Part shown: positions 23,164 to 37,500 of the stretch, piece after piece
How the letters are laid out: every line of letters begins with the position of its first letter
Numbering within the stretch: position 1 is the first letter of the stretch
Source: Ranitomeya imitator
Taxonomy: Eukaryota
Length of the DNA: 64,000 nt
Assembly: GCF_032444005.1 (NCBI RefSeq)
Contig: NC_091288.1
Coordinates: forward strand, 221,278,001-221,342,000
Direction of reading: 5' to 3'
Notes under the pieces: model-generated
What the model saw: only the letters and a program-made list of their open reading frames with translations
Databases searched by the model: none
Told to the model about the DNA's origin: nothing
Translations under genes and position numbers: made by a program

Positions 23164-24690
23164 AGCCACACAGATAATACCGCCATACACTGCAAACATG
23201 GGTAATACAGCCACACAGATAATACCGCCCTACACTGCAAACATAGGTAATACAGCCACACAGATAATACCGCCATACACTGCAAACATAGGTAATACAG
23301 CCACACAGATAATACCGCCGTACACTGCAAACATAGGTAATACAGCCACACAGATAATACCGCCGTACACTGCAAACATAGGTAATACAGCCACACAGAT
23401 AATACCGCCCTACACTGCAAACATAGGTAATACAGCCACACAGATAACTCCGCCCTACACTGCAAACATAGGTAATACAGCCACACAGATAATACCGCCA
23501 TACACTGCAAACATAGGTAATACAGCCACACAGATAATACCGCCCTACACTGCAAACATAGGTAATACTGCCACACAGATAATACCGCCATACACTGCAA
23601 ACATAGGTAATACTGCCACACAGATAATACCGCCATACACTGCATACAGGTAATACAGCCACACAGATAATACCGCCCTACACTGCAAACATAGGTAATA
23701 CTGCCACACAGATAATACCGCCATACACTGCATACAGGTAATACAGCCACACAGATAATACCGCCATGTACTGCAAACATAGGTAATACTGCCACACAGA
23801 TAATACCGCCATACACTGCAAACATAGGTAATACAGCCACACAGATAATACCGCCCTACACTGCAAACATAGGTAATACTGCCACACAGATAATACCGCC
23901 CTACACTGCAAACATAGGTAATACAGCCACACAGATAATACCGCCATACACTGCAAACATAGGTAATACAACCACACAGATAATACCGCCCTACACTGCA
24001 AACATAGGTAATACAACCAGACAGATAATACCGCCCTACACTGCAAACATAGGTAATACTGCCACACAGATAACTCCGCCCTACACTGCAAACATAGGTA
24101 ATACAGATAATACCGCCATACACTGCAAACATAGGTAATACAGCCACACAGATAATACCGCCCTACACTGCAAACATAGGTAATACAGCCACACAGATAA
24201 TACCGCCCTACACTGCAAACATAGGTAATACTGCCACACAGATAATACCGCCATACACTGCAAACATAGGTAATTCAGCCACACAGATAATACCGCCCTA
24301 CACTGCAAATATAGGTAATACTGCCACACAGATAATACCGCCCTACACTGCAAACATAGGTAATACAGCCACACAGATAATACCGCCATACACTGCAAAC
24401 ATAGGTAATACAACCACACAGATAATACCGCCCTACACTGCAAACATAGGTAATACAACCAGACAGATAATACCGCCCTACACTGCAAACATAGGTAATA
24501 CTGCCACACAGATAACTCCGCCCTACACTGCAAACATAGGTAATACAGATAATACCGCCCTACACTGCAAACATAGGTAATACAGCCACACAGATAATAC
24601 CGCCCTACACTGCAAACATAGGTAGTACAGCCACACAGATAATACCGCCCTACACTGCAAACATAGGTAATACAGCCACACAGACAATAC
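23164..24690. repeat. 45-bp satellite (AGCCACACAGATAATACCGCCMTACACTGCAAACATAGGTAATAC)n
   Basis: Period 45 (23164, 23209, ...). Confidence 0.95.
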
Positions 24691-25179
24691 CGCCATAGAG
24701 AGCTGAAAACACCGTCGTTCACCATGATGGAAAAAGGCAACAGATTGTACCGAAATAATCAGCCCTTACATAGCGTGCTGTGGATCCAGTGCTCCAGTTA
24801 GAGGGATTGCTCATCTTCCATCTCCTCCTCGGCTCCCTGCTGCCATTGTGATTGACCGTTCACCCCAGCAGCATGGTTGGTCTCACTGCTGACCCGACCT
24901 CCGCAGCTTTGCCTCTGCTATACCGGAGGAGCACAGGAGATCTGACGAAAGCGTCAGAGTAGCGCTTACAAGCTCAAAAGAAAAGGCCTGTAAGCCACGC
25001 ACTTATTGCCTGGGAGACCGGCCTCCGCTGATAAGACGGCAGTGGTGGTCGGTAACTTAGGCAATGAGCAGTAAACGGTAACAATTAACATGACTTTCAT
25101 TCTTCAGAACCTTTTAATGATTCTTATTTTTACAAGCTCTTCACTGTTTTATTCATTGTAAGAAGGGGAGACGATCCCT

Positions 25180-25541
25180 CTACGATTTGTAATGGCGGAC
25201 GTGGCGCTGATTGCCGTTATCGGCTAGTCCTGTTTGTCGCCTCAGTTCCTCGATCTCCCTGTCCAGCACCATGTGGTGCATGTACTTGATCAGGAACTTT
25301 TTGCGCTCGGCTCTTTCTCTTACAACGTGGTGCCGCTCTGACATCCGGAAGGTGACGTCCTGCAGAGCATGGTATAGGAACGTCAGGATAGCGGAGTCCT
25401 TGCCGAGGGTCCGCAGGTGGTCTTTCTTGGTGTAGTTTTCTACCAGCACTACCTGCTCCGCACCTGCCAGTCGGAATCGTCTTTCTATCTCCTCTGCACA
25501 CGGATTGTTCTTGTGAGTAATGATAATTATGGGGGAGATAC
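25180..25541 (-). CDS. P-loop gene terminal exon (ISPIIIITHKNNP...VENYTKKDH...ERAERKKFLIKYMHH...HYKS*)
   Basis: cttcttgtcttctcgcag| acceptor; 362 nt; TAG at 25182-25180. Confidence 0.88.
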
Positions 25542-28500
25542 CTGCGAGAAGACAAGAAGTGACCCGGTATATGTCAGGAATCCCACCGCGCAGCCACCAA
25601 TATGTCATGGTTAATGGGGAAGATATCTTTATCATCACCACTCACACCAAGTGTGTTGGGGGCAGAGCAAAGTACTGCAGTGCACAGGTGCCGGGCCTCT
25701 CTGACCTTTACAGGCGCCTGCGCACTGCAGTACTTTGCTCTGCCCTCAACAGGGTAGACAAAGTGCGCCGACGCCGCAACGTGAATGCAAGAAGAGGACG
25801 TCTTCGTAAGAAGATGGGAGGCCCCGGACCGCGACGCCCATTGGACCTGGACCACAGCAGGACCGCCCCTGGGTGAGTATAATCTAACCTCTTTTTCTCA
25901 CCTATCGGGATACATCGGGGCTTATCTACAGCATTACAGAATGCTGTAGATAAGCCCCTGATGCTGGTGGGCTTAGCTCATCTTCGATTTTGGGGGTGAC
26001 AGGTGTTATGTGTGCTAATGAAAGGTGTTATGAAGGCAATCCAGAGACACAGTGTGCCTAGCGATCAGAGCGCACACAGTGATCTGACAAATACCCAAAA
26101 ACAAAAGAACGAGCTCTGAGACGTGGAAACTCTGTAGACTGCACACCTGATCCTATCCTAAACACAACTAAAAGCGGCTGTGGATTGCGCCTAGCAACTA
26201 CCTATGCAACTCGGCACAGCCTAAGAAACTAGCTAGCCTGAAGATAGAAAAATAGGCCTGACTTGCCCCAGAGAAATACCCCAAAGGAAAAGGCAGCGCC
26301 CCACATATAATGACTGTGAGTAAGATGAAAAGACAAAACGTAGGGATGAAATAGATTCAGCAAAGTGGGGCCCGATATTCTTAGACAGAGTGAGGACAGT
26401 AAAGCGAACTTTGCAGTCTACAAAAAACCCTAAAGCAAAAACCACGCAAAGGGGGCAAAAAAGACCCACCGTGCCGAACTAACGGCACGGCGGTACACCC
26501 TTTGCGTCTCAGAGCTTCCAGCGAAACAAAAGACAAGCTGGACAGAAAAAAAGCAACAAAATAGCAAAAAAGCACTTAGCTATACAGAGCAGCAGGTCAC
26601 AGGAACAATCAGGAGAAGCTCAGATCCAACACTGGAACATTGACAAGGAGCAAGGATAGCAGCATCAGGTGGAGTTAAGTAACGAAGCAGCTAACGAGCT
26701 CACCAGAACACCTGAGGGAGGAAGCTCAGAAGCTGCAGTACCACTTGTGACCACAGGAGTGAATTCAGCCACAGAATTCACAACAGTACCCCCCCCTTGA
26801 GGAGGGGTCACCGAACCCTCACCAGAGCCCCCAGGCCGACCAGGATGAGCCGCATGAAAGGCACGAACAAGATCGGGAGCATGAACATCAGAGGCAAAAA
26901 CCCAGGAATTATCTTCCTGAGCATAACCCTTCCATTTAACCAGATACTGGAGTTTCCGTCTAGAAACACGAGAATCCAAAATCTTCTCCACAATATACTC
27001 CAATTCCCCCTCCACCAAAACCGGGGCAGGAGGCTCAACAGAAGGAACCATAGGTGCCACGTATCTCCGCAACAACGACCTATGGAATACATTATGTATG
27101 GAAAAGGAGTCTGGGAGGGTCAGACGAAAAGACACAGGATTGAGAACCTCAGAAATCCTATACGGACCAATAAAACGAGGTTTAAATTTAGGAGAGGAAA
27201 CCTTCATAGGAATATGACGAGAAGATAACCAAACCAGATCCCCAACACGAAGTCGGGGACCCACACGGCGTCTGCGATTAGCGAAAAGTTGAGCCTTCTC
27301 CTGGGACAAGGTCAAATTGTCTACTACCTGAGTCCAGATCTGCTGCAACCTGTCCACCACAGAATCCACACCAGGACAGTCCGAAGACTCAACCTGTCCT
27401 GAAGAGAAACGAGGATGGAACCCAGAATTGCAAAAAAATGGAGAAACCAAGGTAGCCGAGCTGGCCCGATTATTAAGGGCGAACTCAGCCAACGGCAAAA
27501 AGGACACCCAATCATCCTGGTCTGCAGAAACAAAACATCTCAGATATGTTTCCAAGGTCTGATTGGTTCGTTCGGTCTGGCCATTAGTCTGAGGATGGAA
27601 AGCCGAGGAAAAGGATAGGTCAATGCCCATCCTACCACAAAAGGCTCGCCAAAACCTTGAAACAAACTGGGAACCTCTGTCAGAAACAATATTCTCAGGA
27701 ATGCCATGCAACCGAACCACATGCTGAAAGAACAAAGGTACCAAATCAGAGGAGGAAGGCAATTTAGCCAAGGGCACCAGATGGACCATTTTAGAAAAGC
27801 GATCACAGACCACCCAAATGACTGACATCTTTTGAGAAACGGGAAGGTCAGAAATGAAATCCATCGAAATATGTGTCCAAGGCCTCTTTGGGACCGGCAA
27901 GGGCAAAAGCAACCCACTGGCACGAGAACAGCAGGGCTTAGCCCTAGCACAAATCCCACAGGACTGCACAAAAGTACGTACATCCCGTGACAGAGATGGC
28001 CACCAGAAGGATCTAGCCACTAACTCTCTGGTACCAAAGATTCCAGGATGACCAGCCAACACCGAACAATGAAGTTCAGAGATAAGTTTATTAGTCCACC
28101 TATCGGGGACGAACAGTTTCTCCGCTGGACAACGATCAGGTTTATTCGCCTGAAATTTTTGCAGCACCCGCCGCAAATCAGGGGAGATGGCAGACACAAT
28201 GACTCCTTCCTTGAGGATACCCGCTGGCTCAGATAAACCCGGAGAGTCGGGCACAAAACTCCTAGACAGAGCATCCGCCTTCACATTTTTAGAACCCGGA
28301 AGGTACGAAATCACAAAGTCGAAGCGGGCAAAAAATAACGACCAACGGGCCTGTCTAGGATTCAAGCGCTTGGCAGACTCGAGATAAGTCAAGTTCTTAT
28401 GATCAGTCAATACCACCACGCGATGCTTAGCTCCTTCAAGCCAATGACGCCACTCCTCGAATGCCCACTTCATGGCCAGCAACTCTCGGTTGCCCACATC

Positions 28501-31500
28501 ATAATTACGCTCAGCGGGCGAAAACTTCCTGGAAAAGAAAGCACATGGTTTCATCACTGAGCAATCAGAACCTCTCTGTGACAAAACCGCCCCTGCTCCA
28601 ATCTCAGAAGCATCCACCTCGACCTGGAACGGAAGAGAAACATCTGGCTGACACAACACAGGGGCAGAACAAAAACAACGCTTCAACTCCTGAAAAGCTT
28701 CCACAGCAGCAGAAGACCAATTAACCAAATCAGCACCCTTCTTGGTCAAATCGGTCAATGGTTTGGCAATGCTAGAAAAATTACAGATGAAGCGACGATA
28801 AAAATTAGCAAAGCCCAGGAACTTTTGCAGACTTTTCAGAGATGTCGGCTGAATCCAATCCTGGATGGCTTGGACCTTAACTGGATCCATCTCGATAGTA
28901 GAAGGGGAAAAGATGAACCCCAAAAATGAAACTTTCTGCACACCGAAGAGACACTTTGATCCCTTCACAAACAAAGAATTAGCACGCAGGACCTGAAAAA
29001 CCATTCTGACCTGCTTCACATGAGACTCCCAATCATCTGAGAAGATCAAAATGTCATCCAAGTAAACAATCAGGAATTTATCCAGATACTCACGGAAGAT
29101 GTCATGCATAAAAGACTGAAACACAGATGGAGCATTGGCAAGTCCGAACGGCATCACTAGATACTCAAAATGACCCTCGGGCGTATTGAATGCAGTTTTC
29201 CATTCATCTCCTTGCCTGATTCTCACCAGATTATACGCACCACGAAGATCTATCTTAGTGAACCAACTAGCCCCCTTAATCCGAGCAAACAAGTCAGATA
29301 ACAATGGCAAGGGATACTGAAATTTAACAGTGATCTTATTAAGAAGGCGGTAATCAATACACGGTCTCAGCGAACCATCCTTCTTGGCTACAAAGAAGAA
29401 CCCTGCTCCCAGTGGTGATGACGATGGGCGAATATGTCCCTTCTCCAGGGATTCCTTCACATAACTGCGCATAGCGGCGTGTTCGGGCACGGATAAATTA
29501 AATAATCGACCTTTAGGGAATTTACTACCAGGAATCAAATTGATAGCACAATCACAATTCCTATGCGGAGGTAGGGCATCGGACTTGGGCTCTTCAAATA
29601 CATCCTGATAATCAGACAAGAACTCTGGGACCTCAGAAGGGGTGGATGACGAAATCGACAAAAATGGAACATCACCATGTACTCCCTGACAACCCCAGCT
29701 GGATACCGACATGGAATTCCAATCCAATACTGGATTATGGGTTTGTAGCCATGGCAACCCCAACACGACCACATCATGCAGATTATGTAGCACCAGAAAG
29801 CGAATAACTTCCTGATGTGCAGGAGCCATGCACATGGTCAGCTGGGCCCAGTATTGAGGTTTATTCTTGGCCAAAGGTGTAGCATCAATTCCTCTCAATG
29901 GAATAGGACACCGCAAAGGCTCCAAGAAAAACCCACAACGTTTAGCATAATCCAAATCCATCAGATTCAGGGCAGCGCCTGAATCCACAAACGCCATGAC
30001 AGAAAACGACGACAAAGAGCATATCAAGGTAATGGACAGAAGGAATTTGGACTGTACAGTACCAATGACGGCAGACCTAGCGGACCGCTTAGTGCGCTTA
30101 GGACAATCAGAAATAGCATGAGTGGAATCACCACAGTAGAAACACAGCCCATTCAGACGTCTGTATTCCTGCCGTTCAACTCTGGTCATAGTCCTATCGC
30201 ACTGCATAGGCTCAGGTTTAACCTCAGGCAATACCGCCAAATGGTGCACAGATTTACGCTCGCGCAAGCGTCGACCGATCTGAATGGCCAAAGACAAAGA
30301 CTCATTCAAACCAGCAGGCATAGGAAATCCCACCATGACATCCTTAAGAGCCTCAGAGAGACCCTTTCTGAACAAAGCTGCCAGCGCAGATTCATTCCAC
30401 TGAGTGAGTACTGACCATTTCCTAAATTTCTGACAATATACTTCTATATCATCCTGACCCTGGCACAAAGCCAGCAAATTTTTCTCAGCCTGATCCACTG
30501 AATTAGGCTCATCGTACAGTAATCCGAGCGCCAGGAAAAACGCATCGACACTACTCAATGCAGGGTCTCCTGGCGCAAGAGAAAACGCCCAGTCCTGTGG
30601 GTCGCCGCGCAAAAAAGAAATAATAATCAAAACCTGTTGAATAGGATTACCAGAAGAATGAGGTTTCAAGGCCAGAAATAGCTTACAATTATTTTTGAAA
30701 CTTAGAAACTTAGTTCTATCTCCAAAAAACAAATCAGGAATAGGAATTCTTGGTTCTAACATAGATTTCTGATCAATAGTATCTTGAATCTTTTGTACAT
30801 TTATAACGAGATTATCCATTGAAGAGCACAGACCCTGAATATCCATGTCCACACCTGTGTCCAGAATCACCCAAATGTCTAGGGGAAAAAAAAAAAGTGA
30901 ACACAGAGCAGAAAAAAAAAAGATGATGTCAGAACTTTTTCTTTCCCTCTATTGAGAATCATTAGTTTGGCTCCTTGTACTGTTATGTTTGCTAATGAAA
31001 GGTGTTATGAAGGCAATCCAGAGACACAGTGTGCCTAGCGATCAGAGCGCACACAGTGATCTGACAAATACCCAAAAACAAAAGAACGAGCTCTGAGACG
31101 TGGAAACTCTGTAGACTGCACACCTGATCCTATCCTAAACACAACTAAAAGCGGCTGTGGATTGCGCCTAACAACTACCTATGCAACTCGGCACAGCCTA
31201 AGAAACTAGCTAGCCTGAAGATAGAAAAATAGGCCTGACTTGCCCCAGAGAAATACCCCAAAGGAAAAGGCAGCCCCCCACATATAATGACTGTGAGTAA
31301 GATGAAAAGACAAAACGTAGGGATGAAATAGATTCAGCAAAGTGGGGCCCGATATTCTTAGACAGTGAGGACAGTAAAGCGAACTTTGCAGTCTACAAAA
31401 AACCCTAAAGCAAAAACCACGCAAAGGGGGCAAAAAAGACCCACCGTGCCGAACTAACGGCACGGCGGTACACCCTTTGCGTCTCAGAGCTTCCAGCGAA

Positions 31501-34500
31501 ACAAAAGACAAGCTGGACAGAAAAAAAGCAACAAAATAGCAAAAAAGCACTTAGCTATACAGAGCAGCAGGTCACAGGAACAATCAGGAGAAGCTCAGAT
31601 CCAACACTGGAACATTGACAAGGAGCAAGGATAGCAGCATCAGGTGGAGTTAAGTAACGAAGCAGCTAACGAGCTCACCAGAACACCTGAGGGAGGAAGC
31701 TCAGAAGCTGCAGTACCACTTGTGACCACAGGAGTGAATTCAGCCACAGAATTCACAACAGACAGGTTCCCTTTCACGGGTCCGGAGCCAACCCAAATCA
31801 GCGTAATTCACTTCAGAGGACGCGACAGTTCATTTATAGAGCAGGGAGAGACAAGCTGGTAAATTATATATTTTACTTAAAAAAAAGGTAGGTAGTATTA
31901 ACAAAGTATAAAAAGATATATAGGAGACAAAATCGTGTGTACATTACAATTACAAATAGAAGGATTACAATTGATTAGGTACTGCACCTAGGGTAATTAG
32001 TCGCCAGAAAGGCTGCCTTATTTTGTACTAGCTTAATGGGAACGCTGCAGCGAGGGCGATATAGCTACTCCCACTCAGGCGCGGAACAATAATTATCAAC
32101 TCCGCTGTCGCTACAAAGCCTACCAACGCACAGGACAAATTTGCTGCCACCAGCTCCGATTTCTTAATTATTAACGGGTCTGGAGCCAACCCAGATCAGT
32201 AGCGTAATTCACTTCAGAGGATGTGACTACGTTGTAGAGCATGAAGAGACAAAGCTAGTAATTTTATATATTTTACTCCAAAAAGGTAGGCAGTGTTTAC
32301 AAAGTATAAAAAGATATTATAAAGAAGACAAATATCATATGTACTGAACAATTATAAATAAAATGGGATTAAAGTTGAAAAGAACACTTACATTTCATTA
32401 TGTCATCTTATCTTATGGCCGACCGTGTGCTGTGGGGGAAGGACGAGCATATATCCAGATGCATCACCCCTTTATAGCAGCTAGGCCCCGGACAAAAGAC
32501 ATGTGAAGACTGATGTACCAATCAGTTATTTCCCAGCCCAAAACAAAGGCACACCCCCTGTGGTGACCTTACTCAGAGGCTGGATTCTCCCCTTTCTTAG
32601 CATTCTGAAAAACCATCATCCCACATCTGGCGTAGGAACCTCATAGAAAGATGACACCTGTGTCGTTATGCTCAGCATGCCATAGGGATTTGTTTAAGTA
32701 TAGACATGGGGAAGCTGGGTGAACCAGTTCCAAAGTGATCCGTTTCTCAATTGTGCTGGTTCTGGAACCGAGAAAACTCACTGGCTGATAGTTCTACTGA
32801 AGCCCATGTCAGAAATGTATTTGTTCCACTTCTATCATTAATCGCTGCTATGATGTTTACATTTGCAAGGACAAAGAAACCTGGGTTTTCTCCATGTGCT
32901 TCTACTTGTACTTTCACTTTGAAGCCATAAAAATTCCTCAGTGGAGTTGGCAGCTGGTCTCACATTACCACCATATAGCGGGGAGGGAGAGTGGCTTAGA
33001 ATTCCAGCCTTGTGTGGCAGGCAGACGAAACTGCAGCTGAGAGCTCTGTATGTGTAATGGAAGTAATAAGGACTCCTTCCTATTTCCTGACAATCGCCCA
33101 CTGACGTCATCAGTACCCAGCTGTCAGATACTGAGCTCGATACAGAGCGGTGGATGCGGGAGACATTGGCTGATTTCTCAGGACTGTGCTCATCTTCACA
33201 GGTAAGGTTTCTTTTAAAATCACCTGTTTACCAGATTATCCTTAAGAAGAATATGATAAAATGACCTCATGTGAGAGCAGGTGAGCTGTGACATCACCTA
33301 TTGTGAATGGTGGATCCTGTGTTATCTACTGTATATAGAGGTGTTATCAGTCATTGTACAGGAGGAGGTGAGCTGTGACATCACCTATTGTAAATGGTGG
33401 ATCCTGTGTTATCAGCTGTATATAGAGGTGTTATCAGTCATTGTACAGGAGGAGGAGGTGAGCTGTGACATCCCCTATTGTGAATGATGGATCCTGTGTT
33501 ATCTACTGTATATAGAGGTGTTATCAGTCATTGTACAGGAGGAGGAGGTGAGCTGTGACATCCCCTATTGTGAATGGTGGATCCTGTGTTATCTACTGTA
33601 TTTAGAGGTGTTATCAGTCATTGTACAGGAGGAGGAGGTGAGCTGTGACATCACCTATTGTGAATGATGGATCCTGTGTTATCTACTGTATATAGAGGTG
33701 TTATCAGTCATTGTACAGGAGGAGGTGAGCTGTGACATCACCTATTGTAAATGGTGGATCCTGTGTTATCAGCTGTATATAGAGGTGTTATCAGTCATTG
33801 TACAGGAGGAGGAGGTGAGCTGTGACATCACCTATTGTGAATGGTGGATCCTGTGTTATCTACTGTATATAGTGGTGTTATCAGTCATTGTACAGGAGGA
33901 GGTGAGCTGTGACATCACCTATTGTGAATGGAGGATCCTGTGTTAGCTACTGTATTTAGAGGTGTTATCAGTCATTGTACAGGAGGAGGAGGTGAGCTGT
34001 GACATCACCTATTGTGAATGATGGATCCTGTGTTATCTACTGTATATAGAGGTGTTATCAGTCATTGTACAGGAGGAGGAGGTGAGCTTTGACATCACCT
34101 ATTGTAAATGGTGGATCCTGTGTTATCTACTGTATATAGAGGTGTTATCAGTCATTGTACAGGAGGAGGGGGTGAGCTGTGACATCGCCTATTGTGAATG
34201 GTGGATCCTGTGTTATCAGCTGTATATAGAGGTGTTATCAGTCATTGTACAGGAGGAGGAGGTGAGCTGTGACATCCCCTATTGTGAATGGTGGATCCTG
34301 TGTTATCTACTGTATATAGTGGTGTTATCAGTCATTGTACAGGAGGAGGTGAGCTGTGACATCACCTATTGTGAATGGAGGATCCTGTGTTAGCTACTGT
34401 ATTTAGAGGTGTTATCAGTCATTGTACAGGAGGAGGAGGTGAGCTGTGACATCACCTATTGTGAATGATGGATCCTGTGTTATCTACTGTATATAGAGGT

Positions 34501-37500
34501 GTTATCAGTCATTGTACAGGAGGAGGAGGTGAGCTTTGACATCACCTATTGTAAATGGTGGATCCTGTGTTATCTACTGTATATAGAGGTGTTATCAGTC
34601 ATTGTACAGGAGGATGGGGTGAGCTGTGACATCGCCTATTGTGAATGGTGGATCCTGTGTTATCAGCTGTATATAGAGGTGTTATCAGTCATTGTACAGG
34701 AGGAGGTGAGCTGTGACATCACCTATTGTGAATGGTGGATCCTGTGTTATCTACTGTATTTAGAGATGATATTAGTCATTGTACAGGAGGAGGAGGTGAG
34801 CTGTGACATCACCTATTGTGAATGGTGGATCCTGTGTTATCTACTGTATATAGAGGTGTTATCAGTCATTGTACAGGAGGAGGTGAGCTGTGACATCATC
34901 TATTGTGAATGGTGGATCCTGTGTTATCTACTGTATATAGAGGTATTATCAGTCATTGTACAGGAGGAGGAGGTGAGCTGTGATATCACCTATTGTAAAT
35001 GGTGGATCCTGTGTTATCTACTGTATATAGAGGTGTTATCAGTCATTGTACAGGAGGAGCAGGTGAGCTGAGACATCACCTATTGTGAATGGTGGATCCT
35101 GTGTTATCTACTGTATATAGAGGTGTTATCAGTCATTGTACAGGAGGAGGAGGTGAGCTGTGACATCATCTATTGTGAATGGTGGATCCTGTGTTATCTA
35201 CTGTATATAGAGGTGTTATCAGTCATTGTACAGGAGGAGGAGGTGAGCTGTGACATCATCTATTGTGAATGGTGGATCCTGTGTTATCTACTGTATATAG
35301 AGGTGTTATCAGTCATTGTACAGGAGGAGGTGAGTTGTGATATCACCTATTGTAAATGGTGGATCCTGTGTTATCTACTGTATATAGAGGTGTTATCAGT
35401 CATTGTACAGGAGGAGCAGGTGAGCTGAGACATCACCTATTGTGAATGGTGGATCCTGTGTTATCTACTGTATATAGAGGTGTTATCAGTCATTGTACAG
35501 GAGGAGGAGGTGAGCTGTGACATCATCTATTGTGAATGGTGGATCCTGTGTTATCTACTGTATATAGAGGTGTTATCAGTCATTGTACAGGAGGAGGTGA
35601 GTTGTGACATCACCTATTGTAAATGGTGGATCCTGTGTTACCTACTGTATATAGAGGTGTTATCAGTCATTGTACAGAAGGAGGTGAGCTGTGACACCAC
35701 CTATTGTGAATGGTGGATCCTGTGTTATCTACTGTATATAGAGGTGTTATCAGTCATTGTACAGGAGGAGGAGGTGAGCTGTGACCAACTATTGTGAATG
35801 GTGGATCCTCTGTTATCTACTGTATATAGAGGTGTTATCAGTCATTGTACAGGAGGAGGAGGTGAGCTGTGACATCACCTATTGTGTATGGTGGATCCTG
35901 TGTTACCTACTGTATATAGAGGTGTTATCAGTCATTGTACAGGAGGAGGTGAGCTGTGACATCACCTATTGTGAATGGTGGATCCTGTGTTATCTGCTGT
36001 ATATAGAGGTGTTATCAGTCATTGTACAGGAGGAGGAGGTGAGCTTTGATATCACCTATTGTGAATGGTGGATCCTGTGTTATCTACTGTATATAGAGGT
36101 GTATCAGTCATTGTACAGGAGGAGGAGGTGAGCTGTGACATCACCTATTGTGAATGGTGGATCCTGTGTTATCTACTGTATATAGAGGTGTTCTCAGTCA
36201 TTGTACAGGAGGAGGAGGTGAGCTGTGACCAACTATTGTGAATGGTGGATCCTCTGTTATCTATTGTATATAGGTGTTAGTCATTGTACAGGAGGAGGAG
36301 GTGAGCCGTGACATCACCTATTGTGAATGGTGGATCCTGTGTTATCTACTGTATATAGAGGTGTTATCAGTCATTGTACAGGAGGAGGAGGTGAGCTGTG
36401 ACATCACCTATTGTGAATGGTGGATCCTGTGTTATCTGCTGTATATAGAGGTGTTATCAGTCATTGTACAGGAGGAGGAGGTGAGCTGTGACATCACCTA
36501 TTGTGTATGGTGGATCCTGTGTTATCTACTGTATATAGAGGTGTTATCAGTCATTGTACAGGAGGAGGAGGTGAGCTGTGACATCACCTATAGTGAATGG
36601 TGGATCCTGTGTTATCTACTGTATATAGAGGTGTTATCAGTCATTGTACAGGAGGAGGAGGTGAGCTGCGACATCACCTATTGTGAATGGTGGATCCTGT
36701 GTTATCTGCTGTATATAGATATGTTATCAGTCATTGTACAGGAGGAGGAGGTGAGCTGTGACATCACCTATTGTGAATGGTGGATCCTGTGTTATCTACT
36801 GTATATAGAGGTGTTATCAGTCATTGTACAGGAGGAGGAGGTGAGCTGTGACATCACCTATTGTGAATGGTGGATTCTTTGTTATCTGCTGTATATAGAG
36901 GTGTTATCAGTCATTGTACAGGAGGAGGAGGTGACCTGTGACATCACCTATTGTGAATGGTGGATCCTGTGTTATCTACTGTATATAGAGGTGTTATCAG
37001 TCATTATACAGGAGGAGGTGAGCTGTGACATCACCTATTGTGAATGGTGGATCCTGTGTTATCTACTGTATATAGAGGTGTATCAGTCATTGTACAGGAG
37101 GAGGAGGTGAGCTTTGATATCACCTATTGTGAATGGTGGATCCTGTGTTATCTACTGTATATCGAGGTGTATCAGTCATTGTACAGGAGGAGGAGGTGAG
37201 CTGTGACATCACCTATTGTGAATGGAGGATCCTGTGTTATCAGCTGTATATAGAGGTGTTATCAGTCATTGTACAGGAGGAGGAGGTGAGCTGTGACATC
37301 ACCTATTGTGAATGGTGGATCCTCTGTTATCTACTGTATATAGAGGTGTTATCAGTCATTGTACAGGAGGAGGAGGTGAGCTGTGACATCACCTATTGTG
37401 AATGGTGGATCCTGTGTTATCTACTGTATATAGAGGTGTTATCAGTCATTGTACAGGAGGAGGAGGTGAGCCGTGACATCACCTATTGTGAATGGTGGAT

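Noticed and set aside
18029-24690. CRISPR-like appearance of regular 35-45-bp repeats
   Set aside because: Head-to-tail monomers with no unique spacers, no cas genes, vertebrate context.
24941-24970. CTGACGA followed by an AAGCG/CGCTT stem, resembling a hammerhead core
   Set aside because: The required GAAA after stem II is absent (ACAA) and no stem I/III was found; it is also explained by a simple TCTGACG/CGTCAGA hairpin.
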